A stretch of DNA of 64,000 bases from Octopus vulgaris (GCA_951406725.2 OX597835.1:11346001-11410000); one strand, 5' to 3'. Numbered from the stretch's first letter, positions 37,395 through 50,869 are shown. Numbers and translations: made by a program. Notes: a model not told the origin generated them from the sequence alone.

Positions 37395-38298
37395 TGGGCC
37401 GTGACCACTGAGGACATGCATAAGCTCGCAAGGAAAGAATCCAGTATGATCCGATGAATGTGTAATGTCAGCGTGCATACTCGACAGAGTGTAAGTACCT
37501 TGAGAGCAAAAGTTGGACCTAAGAAGCATCAGATGTGGTGTGCAAGAGAGACGACTGTGCTGGTATGGTCATGTGGCGAGAATGAATGAGGGTAGCTGTG
37601 TGAAAAAGTGAAACACCCTAGCAGTTGAGAGAACCTGTGGAAGAGGTAGACCCAGGAAGACCTGGGATGAAGTGGTGAAGCATGACATTTGAACATTAGG
37701 CCTCACCAAGGAAATGACTAGTGACTGAGACTTTTGGAAAAATGCTGTGCTTGAGAAGACCCAGAAAGCCAAATGAGACCATAACCTCATGGCCTATGCC
37801 AGGGGTGTAACCAGCCCACTTATGCTTACCTTTCCTTCGTTAGACACTAAACTGTACTTGCGAAGACCTGTTGAGGCAAGTGAAATCAAAAGCGAAATCA
37901 AATTTGATGACTGGCATCTGTGCTAGCGGAGCACAAAGAGCACCATCCAAGCGTGATTGTTGCCAGAGCAGCTAACTGGCTTCCATGCTGGTGGCATGTG
38001 AAAAAACATTCGAGCGAGGTCGTTGCCTGTGTCGTTGGAATGGCTCCTGTGCAGGTAGCACGTAAAAAAGACCATTTGAGTGTGGCCAATGCCAGTACCG
38101 CATAATTGGCCCTCATGCCGGTGGCACGTAAAAGCACCCACTACACTCTCAGATTGATTAGCGTTAGAAAGGGCATCCAGCAGTAGAAACTCTGCTAGAT
38201 CAAGATTGGAGCCTGGTGCAGCCTCTGGCTCACCAGTCCTCAGTCAAATCGTCCAACCCATGCTAGCATGGAAAGCGGACATTAAATGATGATGATGA
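37395..38298 (+). mobile_element. Decayed 5'-truncated RTE LINE (same family as 14426-15367)
   Basis: tgggccgtgaccactgaggacatgc...tggtatggtcatgtggcgagaatg...ggaagaggtagacccaggaagacctgggatgaagtgg with stops and frameshifts, then UTR modules and (GAT)n. Confidence 0.88.
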
Positions 38299-38517
38299 TA
38301 TACACACACATACAGATATGTGCATGTGTGTCTCACCACTTGAAAAACCGATGTTGCTTTGGTTATGTCCCATTAACTTAGCAGTTCAGCACAGAGACCC
38401 TTTAGAATAGCAGACTAATTCTACTGGGGTCAATTTATTCAACTAAATTCTTCGAGGCACTGCTCCAGAATGGCAGCTTTTCAATGACTGACAATTTTAG
38501 ATATATATGTATAAGCA

Positions 38518-38880
38518 CAGGCATGGCTGTGTGGTAAGAAGAGCTTGCTTCCCAACCACATGGTTCCGGGTTCAGTCCCACTGCGTGACACCTTGGGAAA
38601 GTGTCTTCTACTATAGCCTCAGGCCAACCCAAAGCCTTGTGAGTGGATTTGGTTGACGGAAACTGAAAGAAGCCCATCACATGTTTATATATATATATTT
38701 GTGTGTGCATCTGTGTTTGTTCCCCAACCATTGCTTGGCAACCGATGTTGGTGTGTTTGCATCCCTGTAACTTAGCAGTTCAGCAAAAGAGATCGATAGA
38801 ATAAGTACCAGGCTTATAAAGAATAAGTCCTGAGGTCGATTTGTTTGACTAGAGGCAGTGCTCCAGCATGGCCGCACTCA
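38518..38880 (+). mobile_element. SINE family A
   Basis: Head and tail match the family. Confidence 0.83.
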
Positions 38881-40244
38881 AAATACATGTTGGTCTCTCT
38901 ATAGTATATATAGATGCACATGTGGCTGAGTAAAAAGAAGTTTGCTTCATGAACTGAGAAAAGCAGGGTGTTGCCATTTCTGTTGCATACTCCATGTTTC
39001 TGATATTAGTTGGCAGAGTTCTGGCTATGGACAGAGCTAGAGTGCCCTTAATTAATCCGTTACGAAGGCATCGCGATGGAAGAGAGGTGACGATAGATAT
39101 AACGGATCAAATGCCATTCCTCGTTAAGTGTTGGATTAGAGTGGCGAGGGTGGAAGAGTGAAAGATGAGCAACAGATAATGAAGAGAGCAGTCAATGGTG
39201 ATTTAACATGAAGGCAATAATAAATAAAAATTAAAAAAAGAGGAAGGAGAGATCAGACAATGCAGCCCTAGATATACAAAACAGGAGAGACTGTCATGGA
39301 TGGAGTACCTGTGATCAAAGGAGGTTTGCTTGATCAGAACTGTTGTTAAATAATTTTTGGTTAAATAACAACAATAACAGAAATATAATCAATATCATTT
39401 GGGAAATAAATAAATAAAAAAAACATATAAAAAATCACATTTCTGATAATTATTCTAGTTAATCAGTTCACATCTAATTCTAATAGAAATCATAAATTAT
39501 CATTTTTTTTTGGTTCTTTTAAAAACTTCAAAGTTTTTTTAAAGTTTTTTTTTATATTTTGTATAAACAAATTACGAAGCAACATTTTGCTTTTTGTTGT
39601 TTTGCTGGGGTTTTTGTTTTTCTTTTACTATTTTCATGGAAGAATGACTAGAATGATGTGAGAAAGATAGCTTAAATCACAGATTTTATAATTTAGCAAT
39701 TAACAATAACAACAGTAATTTCAAAAGCAATTCAGAAATTAGGAGCTGACATGGCTGTGTGGTTAAAAAGTTTGCTTAGTAAGCACATGATTTGGGGTTC
39801 AGTCCCTCTGCACGGTACCTTGCTCAAGTGTCTTTTACTATAACCCTGCACCGAACAATGCCAGACAGTGGAATTGGAGAATGGAAACTATGTGGAAGCC
39901 TATTGTGTGTCCCTTCTTCCCCGCTCAACAACTGGTGTTGGTTTATACCCTCATAACTTAACAGTTTGGCCTAAGAGATCGATAGAATAAGTGCCAGGTT
40001 TAAAACCTAAGGTTGCAAACATCATTAGCATGTTGGATGAAATGCTGAGTTCAAATCCGACTGAGGTCAACTTTGGTTTTCATCTTTTCAGGGCCAATAA
40101 AATAAAGTACCAGCCAAGTACTATGGGCAATGTGATCGACATGTCCCCTCTCCTCAATACAGCTGATATTGATCCCTGCAATGGGCTAGCACCCTGTTCA
40201 AGGAGAAAGTTGTGATTGAGATTACTTGGCATGCAATAAACACA

Positions 40245-40841
40245 ATTCATGTGTGTGGTTCATTGCCAGTGCCACCTGACTGGCTCCCCATGCTGGTGGC
40301 ACGTAAAAGCACCATCTGAACATGGTCAGTGTCAGCACCCCTGCCTCGACTGGCTCCTGTGGCGGTGGCATGTAAAAAGCACCATCCGAACTTTGCTGAT
40401 ACCAGTGCTGTCTGACTGGCTGCCATGCCAGTGGCATGTAAAAAGCACCCACTACACTCTCAGAGTGGCTGGCATTAGGAAGGGCATCCAGCTGTAGAAA
40501 CATTGCCAGATCAGATTGGAGCCTGGTGCAGCCTCCTGGCTTGCCAGTCCCCAGTCAAACCTATTTCTTTACTACCCACAAGGGGCTAAACACAGAGGGG
40601 GACAAACAAGGACAGACAAACGGGTTAAGTCGATTATATCGATCCCAGTGCGTAACTGGTACTTATTTAATCGACCCCAAAAGGATGAAAGGCAAAGTCG
40701 ACCTCGGCAGAATTTGAACTCAGAATGTAACGGCAGATGAAATACAGCTATGTATTTCGCCTGGCGTGCTAACGTTTCTGCCAGCTCGCTGCCAGTCAAA
40801 CTGCCCAACCCATGCCAGCATGGAAAATAGACATTAAACGG

Positions 40842-40872
<31 letters not shown>
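40245..40872 (+). mobile_element. RTE 3' UTR/tail interrupted by a family M SINE monomer (40561-40791, minus) with 10-bp TSD
   Basis: CCAGTCAAAC at 40551-40560 and 40792-40801 flanks the nested SINE. Confidence 0.82.
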
Positions 40873-41311
40873 CTGGAAACCAGATAACCATCCTTATGTG
40901 TCACAGGACTGAAAAAAAAGTATCTAAAAATACATCAGAATGGAAACCCAAACCACATGTTTACAAAGCAAGCTGCTTAACCGCGTAGCTATGTCTGCAC
41001 TAACAGCAATGTTTATTAATCGCAGCTGCACCTTGTAGATGCAAAGTGTTGCCATTAGCTTACGAAGATAATCAGTTCTATGTAGATTGAATATTAATGA
41101 ATAAAGTTGTGTATCGAGCGAACTGCCATCTATAAAAACTTAAATGTGCAAGAGTAGCAGGCGACATAAGCACTACCAAATATTAGGTTAAAGAACTGGT
41201 AATTTATTTATGTAGAAAGAGAATTCTTAGTACACAAACTGGTTTCTTCTGTTCGTGCAGGTACCACTCAACAACTACCCTGCTCCATGGATTTCTTTTT
41301 TTCTTTTTTTT

Positions 41312-41697
41312 TTTCTTTTACTTGTTTCAGTCATTTGACTGCGGCCATGCTGGAGCACTGCCTTTAGTCGAGCAAATCGACCCCGGGACTTATTCTTTTT
41401 TGTAAGCCCAGTAGTTATTTATCGGTCTCTTTTTGCCAAACCGCTAAGTGACGGGGACATAAACACACCAGCATCGGTTGTCAAGCAATGCTAGGGGGAC
41501 AAACACAGACACACAAACACACATATATATATATACGACAGGCTTCTTTCAGTTTCCATCTACCAAATCCACTCACAAGGCATTGGTCGGCCCGGGGCTA
41601 TAGCAGAAGACACTTGCCCAAGGTGCCACGCAGTGGGACTGAACCCGGAACCATGTGGTTGGTTAGCAAGCTACTTACCACACAGCCACTCCTGTGC
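41312..41697 (-). mobile_element. SINE family A, full length
   Basis: Head and tail match the family. Confidence 0.87.
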
Positions 41698-43073
41698 CTA
41701 TTGTCTATGAACCTTGTGACATGACCAGCTCATTGCAGCTTTGCATATTGGTATTCACTCAGTGGTTGACCTGAAGAACAACCATATCAAAACAACTTAT
41801 TAGAGAAATGTCAATTATATATTAAAATTACAATAATCTGGGATAGTTATAACTGCTGCTCCTAAAAGAAAGTCTCAAAACTTCTGGAATGCCTTTTATG
41901 CGGGGTTTGTATTGTACACAAATTTCTAGAATGAAAACCAATTTTTGATTTCCTTTCAACTTGTTCATATTACTAGTTATCTTTACGTCTGTGGCTATTT
42001 TACCAGACACTTGATTAGTATTGTTTTAGCCAATACAGATCAATTTAAACAAGAGAGAAAGTGCAAGAGAGAGAGAGAGACCATTTCTTTGCATAATATT
42101 CTCTACACATCAGACAGCTTCGGCAGATATTCCAACAACAGATGTTTGGCAGTTTGATAACTTCTTAAGATTAATTTCATTTTTTGTTCTTCACACCAAG
42201 GCAGATGAGTTGAAAGGATATTTGGCATAAGTAGCGCAGTCTGCCATTCTTGTCAGTGCTTAGTGTTCATCAGTATAACTTGATGGAATCTGAAGACCAA
42301 TCTTCTCAAAGAATATACCAAAATAGCAAATATTGTCTTTTAATCATTTCATTATATTTATTACCCCAGTTCAAGTAACTTCAAACTACTTCAAACTTAA
42401 ATTATTTAATTTGGCATTCAATTTGGCCTGTCTAGTTCAATTAACACCTGGACAGGTAGGAATAAGCAGCTTTCCCTATGCCAGCATCCTACTTTCTACT
42501 ACGGGTGTATTGGGGTAAGTTACGCATAATTTATTCCAAGTATGAAATAAGTAAAAGTGACAACATCAATACTTGCATTTCTGTTTTAAACGTTTGGGGA
42601 ACAGTGTTAAAGCAACGAGAAATTCTATATTTTGTGCTTTTTTTTTTGTTCTATGTTTTATGAATTATTTCCTGGGAGAATCTTTAACTTATGTGTTAGA
42701 TGAAAGTTGTAGCTAATGAAATCATTAAAATAGAAAGGTTGGCATTATTTACCCGTTCATATACCATCAGCCAATACTATGCAGTACTATGTTACTAGAG
42801 AGCCACTTACATTTCACTTATTCACTTAGCTCTAAAGTGAAAACGATGTCTGGATGCACAGGTACGAGCAATAAAAGCAATGCTTTATTGTTACCAGACA
42901 GCAGCGCTGCATCTACTTGTTAGAGAGATGTACAACTGTCTTAAACATTATTCTTAGAAGTTACGCGTTCTTGAATTTTTGTTTGGCCCATGCAAACATG
43001 GACATTAAACCAAAGACAATAATGCTAATATATATATATTATATATATACCTGCATAGATATGGCCACACACT

Positions 43074-43134
<61 letters not shown>

Positions 43135-43154
43135 ACATAGATATGGTTACACAT

Positions 43155-43215
<61 letters not shown>

Positions 43216-44729
43216 CCTACATAGATATGCCTACACACTCGTATATATATATATATATATATAAATATATATACCTGCATAGATATGGTCACACACACAC
43301 GCACGCACATATATATATATATATATATATATATACCTGCATAAATATGGCCACACACTTAGGTATATATATATATATATACCTGCATAGATATGCCCAG
43401 ACACTTGTATATATATATATATCCCTACACACATGCACACACACACACACATGTATGTATATATAATCTCCAGACATTATCTGTTTATATACACAATAGA
43501 ACAGACATCATTATTTGGTACAAGACTTATTCTTTCACATTTAATTAAATACACGAAGCATTTATATAACAAGAAACGAAGCAACAGTATGCATTGCAGG
43601 CCATAAAAGGTGAATTTGGAACTACTAGAGTAAAAAAAAAAAAAAAAAAAAATGAAATTCTTCAAAGAAGAGGAAAAGATTGTTGTAGCAACAGCAGTAG
43701 TAGTAATTTTCCCAGTGTATTATTAATAAATGAATCTAATGTATGTTTTTATTTTTTTACAAAGATATTGTTCCTAGCCTCAGCTTGTTTCAACCGTTTG
43801 TACTAGCGCAAGTAAAGTAGTTAGCGTAATAAACAGAATCGGTAGCAGCTAATGTGTCTAGTAAAGTGTCCTCTTGACTCCGTCACCCATTCCACGCTGC
43901 CTTAATAACAGCTTTACTTCTTAAGAACGGTCTGTGTGGAATCGCAAATAGAAAATAATGACATAGAATGCTTCTTCATAATTTCTTCAATCTCTCTTTT
44001 ATTCCATCCTATTGTTTGTTTTGTTTTATTTTTATTTTTATTTTACATCTAAGTTTGGTTTGGTTAAAATTCATGTTTTTTTTTCATTTTGTTTTTTTTT
44101 GGTCAGAACAATTCCTTTTTTCTTTGTTTTTCTTAACACAATTCTTGTCAGTTTTCCATTGAACCATGCAAGATTAACATGGGGGAAACCATAAAACAAC
44201 CAGTTATTTATACAAAATGATGGCCAAGAGACACTGGATTTACCCTGGCTTGAACTCTTGATTGTATAATTATTTATTTAGAATCATTATCTCACATTTA
44301 TTGGCACTGATTTATCTAGAAATGGTAAATTTGATCTACAGGTACCAATGTTTCCAAAGAATCTTCTGATTATCTGATATCTTAGCTAGTACAGTCAGGG
44401 CCTAAAAGAGGGACCAATATTTGACTATCATTGGTGCTGGACCCAGAGAAGAGATCCAGGAAGGGCCATATGACTGTTTAACAGAAGCCCTCCCCCCCCC
44501 CCCACACACACACACAAAATAATTAAAAGAAATTCTCCCCATGAAATTTGAAACATCCAGCAGGGCCTAAAAGTAGTAGTTCTGCCTCATAAAATTAGGG
44601 TCTCTGAGTTATTGACTACTTAAATAGAGTAAGACAATGAGGAATCATATAAACAGTTCCTCGTCATGCTAGAAATAGCAGTTAAATCTCCTTAGAATAA
44701 AAAAAATTCACCCTATAAAAACTAATGAC

Positions 44730-44934
44730 AATAGATAACTCATTTGCAGATATTTTGATAAAATTGGATGGATATTTGTCCTCATCTTGTTTGTTGTTAA
44801 CACAACGTTTCGGCTGATATACCCTCCAGCCTTCATCAGGTGTCTTGGGGAAATTTCGAACCTGGGTTTCTCATTCCAAGTTTGATTCCAACCAGTGACC
44901 TGTATAAATAATAATAACATCGAAAAATATAATG

Positions 44935-44968
<34 letters not shown>

Positions 44969-45079
44969 TGATGATGATGATGATGATAATAATAATATTT
45001 CCCGACTCTTTGCCCTAGGAGTCGGGAAGACACTTGGCAAGAAATGGAAGCAAATTTTAAAGAAGAAGAAAAACCCATA

Positions 45080-45113
<34 letters not shown>

Positions 45114-45285
45114 TCGAAAAAATAGGAATGAGAACTCAGATTCGAAATTTCCCCAAGACACCTGATGAAGGTTGGAGGGTATATCAGCTGAAATGGGTTT
45201 ACAACAAACAAGATGAGGACAAATATCTGTTAAATGTAAATAATGTAAATGATGAACATAATTCCTCATCTCTTAAATATAGAAC
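44730..45285. mobile_element. Two inverted copies of a hammerhead-bearing Penelope-like terminal repeat, separated by (AAT)n and a hairpin-containing insert
   Basis: 44730-44880(-) and 45122-45285(+) share ggaatgagaa...ttcgaaatttccccaagacacctgatgaagg.tggagggtatatcagc.gaaa...aacaaacaagatgaggacaaatatc. Confidence 0.75.
44799..44844 (-). ncRNA. Minimal type I hammerhead ribozyme (PLE-type, palindromic stem III)
   Basis: Minus strand GACAC-CTGATGA-A-GGCTG(GAGGGTATAT)CAGCC-GAAAC-GTT-GTGTT: intact core boxes, 5-bp stem II, stem I GACAC/GUGUU, ACGU stem III. Confidence 0.7.
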
Positions 45286-45859
45286 AAAATTGGATGGGTT
45301 TGGCCAATCCTGAATCTGCTTCGTCAGAGCTCATCTCTAACTAAACAACATTATCAACAATAATAATAATCTTTTCTATTATAGGCACAAGGCCTGAAAT
45401 TTGGGTGGTGGGGCAGTCAATTAGATCGACCCTAATACACAACTGGTACTTAATTTATCAACCCCTGAAAGGATGAAAGGAAAAGTTCATCTCGGCAGAA
45501 TTTGAGCTCAGGTGCTAACAAATCTGCCAGCTCGCCGCCTTAATAATAAGAATAGTGGTTTCAAATTTTAGCACAAGGCCAGCAATTTTGGACAAGGGTT
45601 TAAGTTGATTAAACTGACCCCAGTACTCAGTATTTTATCAACCCTGGAAGGATGACAGGCAAAGTTGTCCATGACTGAATTTGAAATCAGAATGTAAAGG
45701 CAACTAAGCATTTTTTCTGTAATGATTCTGCCTTAATAATATTAAGAATAACAATGAGGCTAATATGCAACAATAAAAACAACATGCAAGAAATTGCTTT
45801 TGAGGGAAAATAAAGTATTTCATAAATCGCTTTTAATTTTGGGGTCATAATTTGTTTTC

Positions 45860-46566
45860 GTGCCACTGGCACGTAAAAAGCACCATCTGTATGTGGCCGA
45901 TACCAGCACCGCCTTAACTGGCTTCTGTGTTGGTGGCATGTAAAAACCACCAACCGATCATGGCTGTTGCCAGCTTCCCCTGGTACATGTGCCAGTGGCA
46001 TGTAAAAAGCACCATCCGTACATGGTCGATGCCAGCGCCACTATGATTGTCTTCCGTGCTGGTGGCACGTAAACAGCACCATCCGATCATGGCCGTTGCT
46101 AGCCTCCCTTGGCACCTGTGCCAGTGGCATGTAAAAAGCACCATCCATACGTGTTCAATGCCAGCGCCACTATGATTGGCTTCCGTGCCGGTGGCACGTA
46201 AAAAGCACCGCCTGATCATGGCCGTTTGCCAGCCTCCCTTGGCACCTGTGCCAGTGGCACGTAAAAAGCACCATCCGTACGTGGTCGATGCCAGCGCCAC
46301 CTTGACTGGCTTCCGTGCTGGTGGCACATAAAAAGCACCATCTGATCACGGCCATTGCCAGCCTCCCCTAGCACCTGTGCCGGTGGCACATAAAAAGCAC
46401 CCACTACACTCACAGAGTGGTTGGTGTTAGGAAGGGCATCCAGCTGTAGTAACACTGCCAGATCAGACTGGAGCCTGGTGCAGCCTCCATGGCTTGCCAG
46501 ACCCCGGTCGAACCATCCAACCCATGCTAGCATGAAAAACAGACGTTAAACGACGATGATGATGAT
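45860..46566 (+). repeat. RTE 3' UTR with nine hairpin modules (alternating 67/62-bp spacing, ~129-bp higher-order unit) and (GAT)n tail
   Basis: GGCA(C/T)GTAAAAAGCACC at ~45868, 45935, 45997, 46064, 46126, 46193, 46255, 46323 and 46385. Confidence 0.85.
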
Positions 46567-47424
46567 GTGTCTCCATCTGCAGCACAAAACACCAAACATG
46601 CTACTAGATACTACAGCACAACCACCATGACTACCACTACACTACAACCCCAACAGTATCATTGCTCTACTCCACCACCACCACCACATAGGAACACTTC
46701 CAATCCGACTGTCATCACACATTAGCACTGACATCATCACCCCTCTCACCACCACCTCATCATTTACATATTTTTCGTATGAAACCAGTAAAAGTAACCA
46801 TACGAATACTTGCAGTTCTGTTTGAAACATTTGGGAACAATTTTAAAGAATTGAGAAATTCTACAATATTATGGGGTTTTTTTAATTTTTTCTTTCTTTC
46901 TTTCTTCTGTGAATTATTTCCTGAGAGAAACTTAAACTTAGATAAAAGTTGTGGCTAATGAAATCATTAAAATATAAAAGCAACCATCATTCAGTGGCTC
47001 GTATCCCATAAGCCATATGACACAGTGCTTGTTACTTGACAGTCACTTAAGTTTCGCTAATTCACTTAGTTGTAAAACGATCGCAGATGCAGAGGTGTGC
47101 AGCTTTACACAATTGAAGCAGTGTGTATGTTAACTTGCATTACTGCATCCACTTATAACAAATGCACAACTGTCTAAACAGTGTCGCTCTGATGTTCTTA
47201 TCAGTATAGAGTTAGATAGGGAATTTCTTCAATTGCAGAAGATCGGTGCTGGCTGTTTAACCGAAGGACTGGTATTTTGGAAATAAGGTTTTAATGTGAC
47301 ACACTTCCCCAAATTCCTCATATTCACCATATCCTTTATATATGTAGGCAGCCTACACAAGCATCCTTCCCCATCACCATACTGCCTTTTGCCTGTCCAA
47401 AAGTATTTTCATAAGTTCGTCCTT

Positions 47425-47520
47425 GGCGTAGGAGTGGCTGTGTGGTAAGTAGCTTGCTTACGAACCACATGGTTCTGGGTTCAGTCCCACTGTGTGGCAC
47501 CTTGGGCAAGTTCTTCTACT
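47425..47520 (+). mobile_element. SINE family A head, truncated
   Basis: ggcgtaggagtggctgtgtggtaagtagc...ccttgggcaag. Confidence 0.8.
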
Positions 47521-47905
47521 ATGTTTGGTGTTGACAGTATTGACAACTATGTGACTTGTTGGCATTGACAACAGTATGGTCGATGTGGATAATATTGACA
47601 GCTATGTGCCTGTTGTTGGCATTTACAAAGACATGTTTGGTATTGACGGAATTGACAACTATGTGCCTGTTGTTGGCGTTTACAATGACATGTTTGGTAT
47701 TGACGGTATTGACAACTATGTGACTTGTTGGTATTGACAACAGTATGGTCAGTGTGGATAATATTGACAGCTATGTGCCTGTTGTTGGTGTTTACAATGA
47801 CATGGTTGGTGTTGACTGTATTGACAACTATGTGGTGGTTGTTGTTGACAATGACATGGTTGGTGCTGATGATATTGATTGCTACGTATCTGTTGTTGTT
47901 GACAA
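47521..47905. repeat. ~55-57-bp diverged minisatellite (about 7 copies)
   Basis: Unit atgtttggtattgac..attgacaactatgtgcctgttgttggcatttacaatgac. Confidence 0.82.
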
Positions 47906-48772
47906 GGATCCTTCAAATCAGAAAAACGATAGAAAAAGTAGATCCAGCAGTGGTAATTATGGTGACAGTCGGTGTTGTTGTTCTTGTTGTTGTTGTTGCT
48001 GTGATTGTAGTGGTGGTGGTGGTGGTGATGTAGGTGGTAGTCATGTTGGCAGTGGTGGTATAGTTGACGGAAATATTGATTATACTTTCTGCAGGTGCCA
48101 CTGATTAGAGAACGGCAGGTTTTAATTTGTGTCTTGTATTCAGTGTCATATCATTTGATGCGGAATGATGCGGTGCAAATGAGGGTGGGGGTGGGGGAGC
48201 ATTGGAAAGAAAGAGAGAAGGGAGGAGAGAGGAAACAGAACAGTGAACATTTCCAACATGTCCCCTATTTTCAAGGTAATAAAATTTACACAGCTGGTTG
48301 TTGTTGTTGTTGTTGCTGATGCTATTCTTCAGATAGGAAGTGATTAGAGATGTTGGGATAATTCAGAAGAAAATTTTAAAGTAGATTGCAGCGGGTGATG
48401 GCCATGTTGTGCGTGTGTGTGTGTATGTGTGTGTGTGTGTGTCATAAGCATATCTAATGGGTGGTGAGAGAGGGAGGAAAGGAGGGGGAGAGAAAGAGGG
48501 GCAAGAAAGATGTATTGTTCATGGGGGATCATAATCATGACATCACATTCTCTTACTCAGAAGATCTCATGCAAAGAAACAGAAATGAGAACCTTGGTCT
48601 ACCTGCCCCCCCTCCCCTCCACACACACACACACAGGATGTGCTCCCATACAGTTTTCATCTACCAGTTCCACTCACAAGTCATTGGTCAGCCCTTTCCC
48701 AAAATATCCTACTGTCTGACTGACCCAGAAAGCATGTGGTTACGACGTAAACTAAACCACACACAGCCATGC

Positions 48773-48810
<38 letters not shown>

Positions 48811-48844
48811 CTGAAGACTTGAACTGTGACAGCTTGACCATTCC

Positions 48845-49043
48845 ATCCATCCATCTATCTATCTATCTATCCGCTCAGTCGAAGTCAACTCTCGGTTACT
48901 TGATGGATCAGTGTTCTCCAGCCAGTTCTATCCTGGGTCGCTTCTTTCAGATTGGCTATGGCCATTCCCGTGTCACTCTTAATGGTGTCAAGCCAGGGGC
49001 TTCTTGGTCGGCCTCTTCCTCTCTTGCCACTGACCATTCCGAA
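48845..49043 (-). mobile_element. BovB-like RTE LINE 3' end (second RTE family) with (GATA/GATG)n tail
   Basis: Minus strand encodes FGMVSGKRGRGRPRSPWLDTIKSDTGMAIANLKEATQDRTGWRTLIHQVTES*LRLSG, similar to the recalled BovB C-terminus GRRRRGRQRMRWLDGI...DREAWRAAVHGVAKSRTRLSD. Confidence 0.78.
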
Positions 49044-49642
49044 AAGTAGAAGTAAAAAGATGATTCTATATCATCATCAGATTTTAATGTCCATCTTCAA
49101 GTGAGAATCGAAATCGATCAACATCAATGGAAATTGCAGCTGTGATACCAGTGCCAGTGGCATGTAAGAGAACCATCCGAACGTGGCTGTTGCCAGCGCC
49201 GCCCCGACTGGCCTCATGCTGGTGGCACATAAAAAGCACCATCCATTCGTGGCCATTGCCAGATCAGACTGGGCCTGGTGCAGCCTTTTGGCTTCCCAGA
49301 CCCCAGTTGAACCGTCTAGCCCATGCTAGCATGGAAAACGGACGTTAAACGATGATGATGATGATCTTCCATGCTGGGATTGGTTGGATGGTGGTCCAAC
49401 AGGATCTGATGAGCCAAAGAATCTGGTTGTGTTCCCATGTCATCTTCAGTATGATTTCAAGAGCTGGGGCCCTTCCTAAGACCATCCAGTTTACAGTGTG
49501 CACTGTGTCCTGTCAGGTCTTATTCCCATGTCTTGAGTAGTAATGAGGATGACAAGTAACTTGAAAGACAAGACCTTCCCAGCAGAAGGTGGGATGCAGT
49601 ATTGAGGGAGGTGGCTTTGTGCCAGATGTTGAGGGGTTAACA

Positions 49643-50600
49643 TACGATATAGGATAGAGGAACAGGTGTCTTGTTGTAGTGGAGATACATGCTTACCTTA
49701 TCTGGAAAGATAGAAAGGTGGTGGTAAGAGGTCAGGGTACATGAGGGTGAATATGAGAGAGAACAGGAACAGAGAATGAAGGCTGGTTCGTTGGATGGAT
49801 AGGTTCACAAGTGTATGAAAGGAAAGTAACCGAATATTAGAGATGAGGACAGAGGAGAATGCAGGGGATGAGGAACATGGAATGGAAGCAGAGTCTGTGG
49901 GAAACCTTGGTTTAGAGGAAGGTAAACAGTAAAGAAGAGTGGGTGGGAGAAGATGAGATAATAGATGAAAAATATTTATAAATGTATAAAATTTTAAGAA
50001 ACATTTTAAGGACTCAGGGTATTACGATAGAGGATAGAGGAACAGGTGTGTTGTTGTAGTGGAGATACATGCTTACCTTATCTGGAAAGATAGAAAGGTG
50101 GTGGTAAGAGGTCAGGGTACATGAGGGTGAATATGAGAGAGAACGGGAACAGAGAATGAAGGCTGGTTCGTTGGAGAATGAAGAAAGGTGATGGTAAGAT
50201 AGAAAGGTGATGGTAAGAGATCAGGGTACATGAGGGTGAATATGAGAGAGAACAGGAACAGAGAATGAAGGCTGGTTCGTTGGAGAATGAAGAAAGGTGA
50301 TGGTAAGATAGAAAGGTGATGGTAAGAGATCAGGGTACATGAGGGTGAATATGAGAGAGAACAGGAACAGAGAATGAAGGCAGGTTCACAAGTGTGTGAA
50401 AGGAAAGTAACAGAATATTAGAGATGAGGACAGAATGCAGGGGATGAGGAACATGGAATGGAAGCAGAGTCTTTGGGAAACCTTGGTTTAGAGGAAGGTA
50501 AAAAGTAAAGAAGGGTGGGTGGGAGAAGATGAGGTAATAGATGAAAAATATATATAAATGCATAAAATTTTAAGAAACATTTTAAGGACTAAGGGTATTA
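49643..50600. repeat. Purine-rich ~380-bp tandem duplication; the second copy has internal ~110-bp expansions
   Basis: acgata.aggatagaggaacaggtg... starts at ~49643 and ~50023; cagggtacatgagggtgaatatgagagagaac occurs four times. Confidence 0.85.
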
Positions 50601-50700
50601 AAGATTCTGTCAGCTTTTAAAAAAATATTGTCATATGGTATTTTTTCTTAGTCCATCCATAAAGAACACTAGATTAAGATTACACATTTTACACGCACAC

Positions 50701-50733
<33 letters not shown>

Positions 50734-50869
50734 CATGTGCATGTATGTATATTGCATTAAGATTATGCAGTGTTACTACTCAGAGTAGTCTTAGCAACAG
50801 AATAAATATTTATATTTTACTATTTTTCCTTCTCTTTGTGAACTCAAACATACATATACATACATATAT

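Noticed and set aside
42455-42515. Plus-strand segment between a CAG and a GTAAGT donor, as a possible next INPP5F exon (similar candidates near 41261, 44342, 48095, 58511)
   Set aside because: Translations do not resemble the expected hSac2 continuation and most hit stops.
45860-46400. CRISPR-like look: palindromic ~25-bp repeat with ~35-40-bp spacers
   Set aside because: Spacers alternate between two related sequences, the array is continuous with an RTE tail, the context is a eukaryotic intron, and there are no cas genes.
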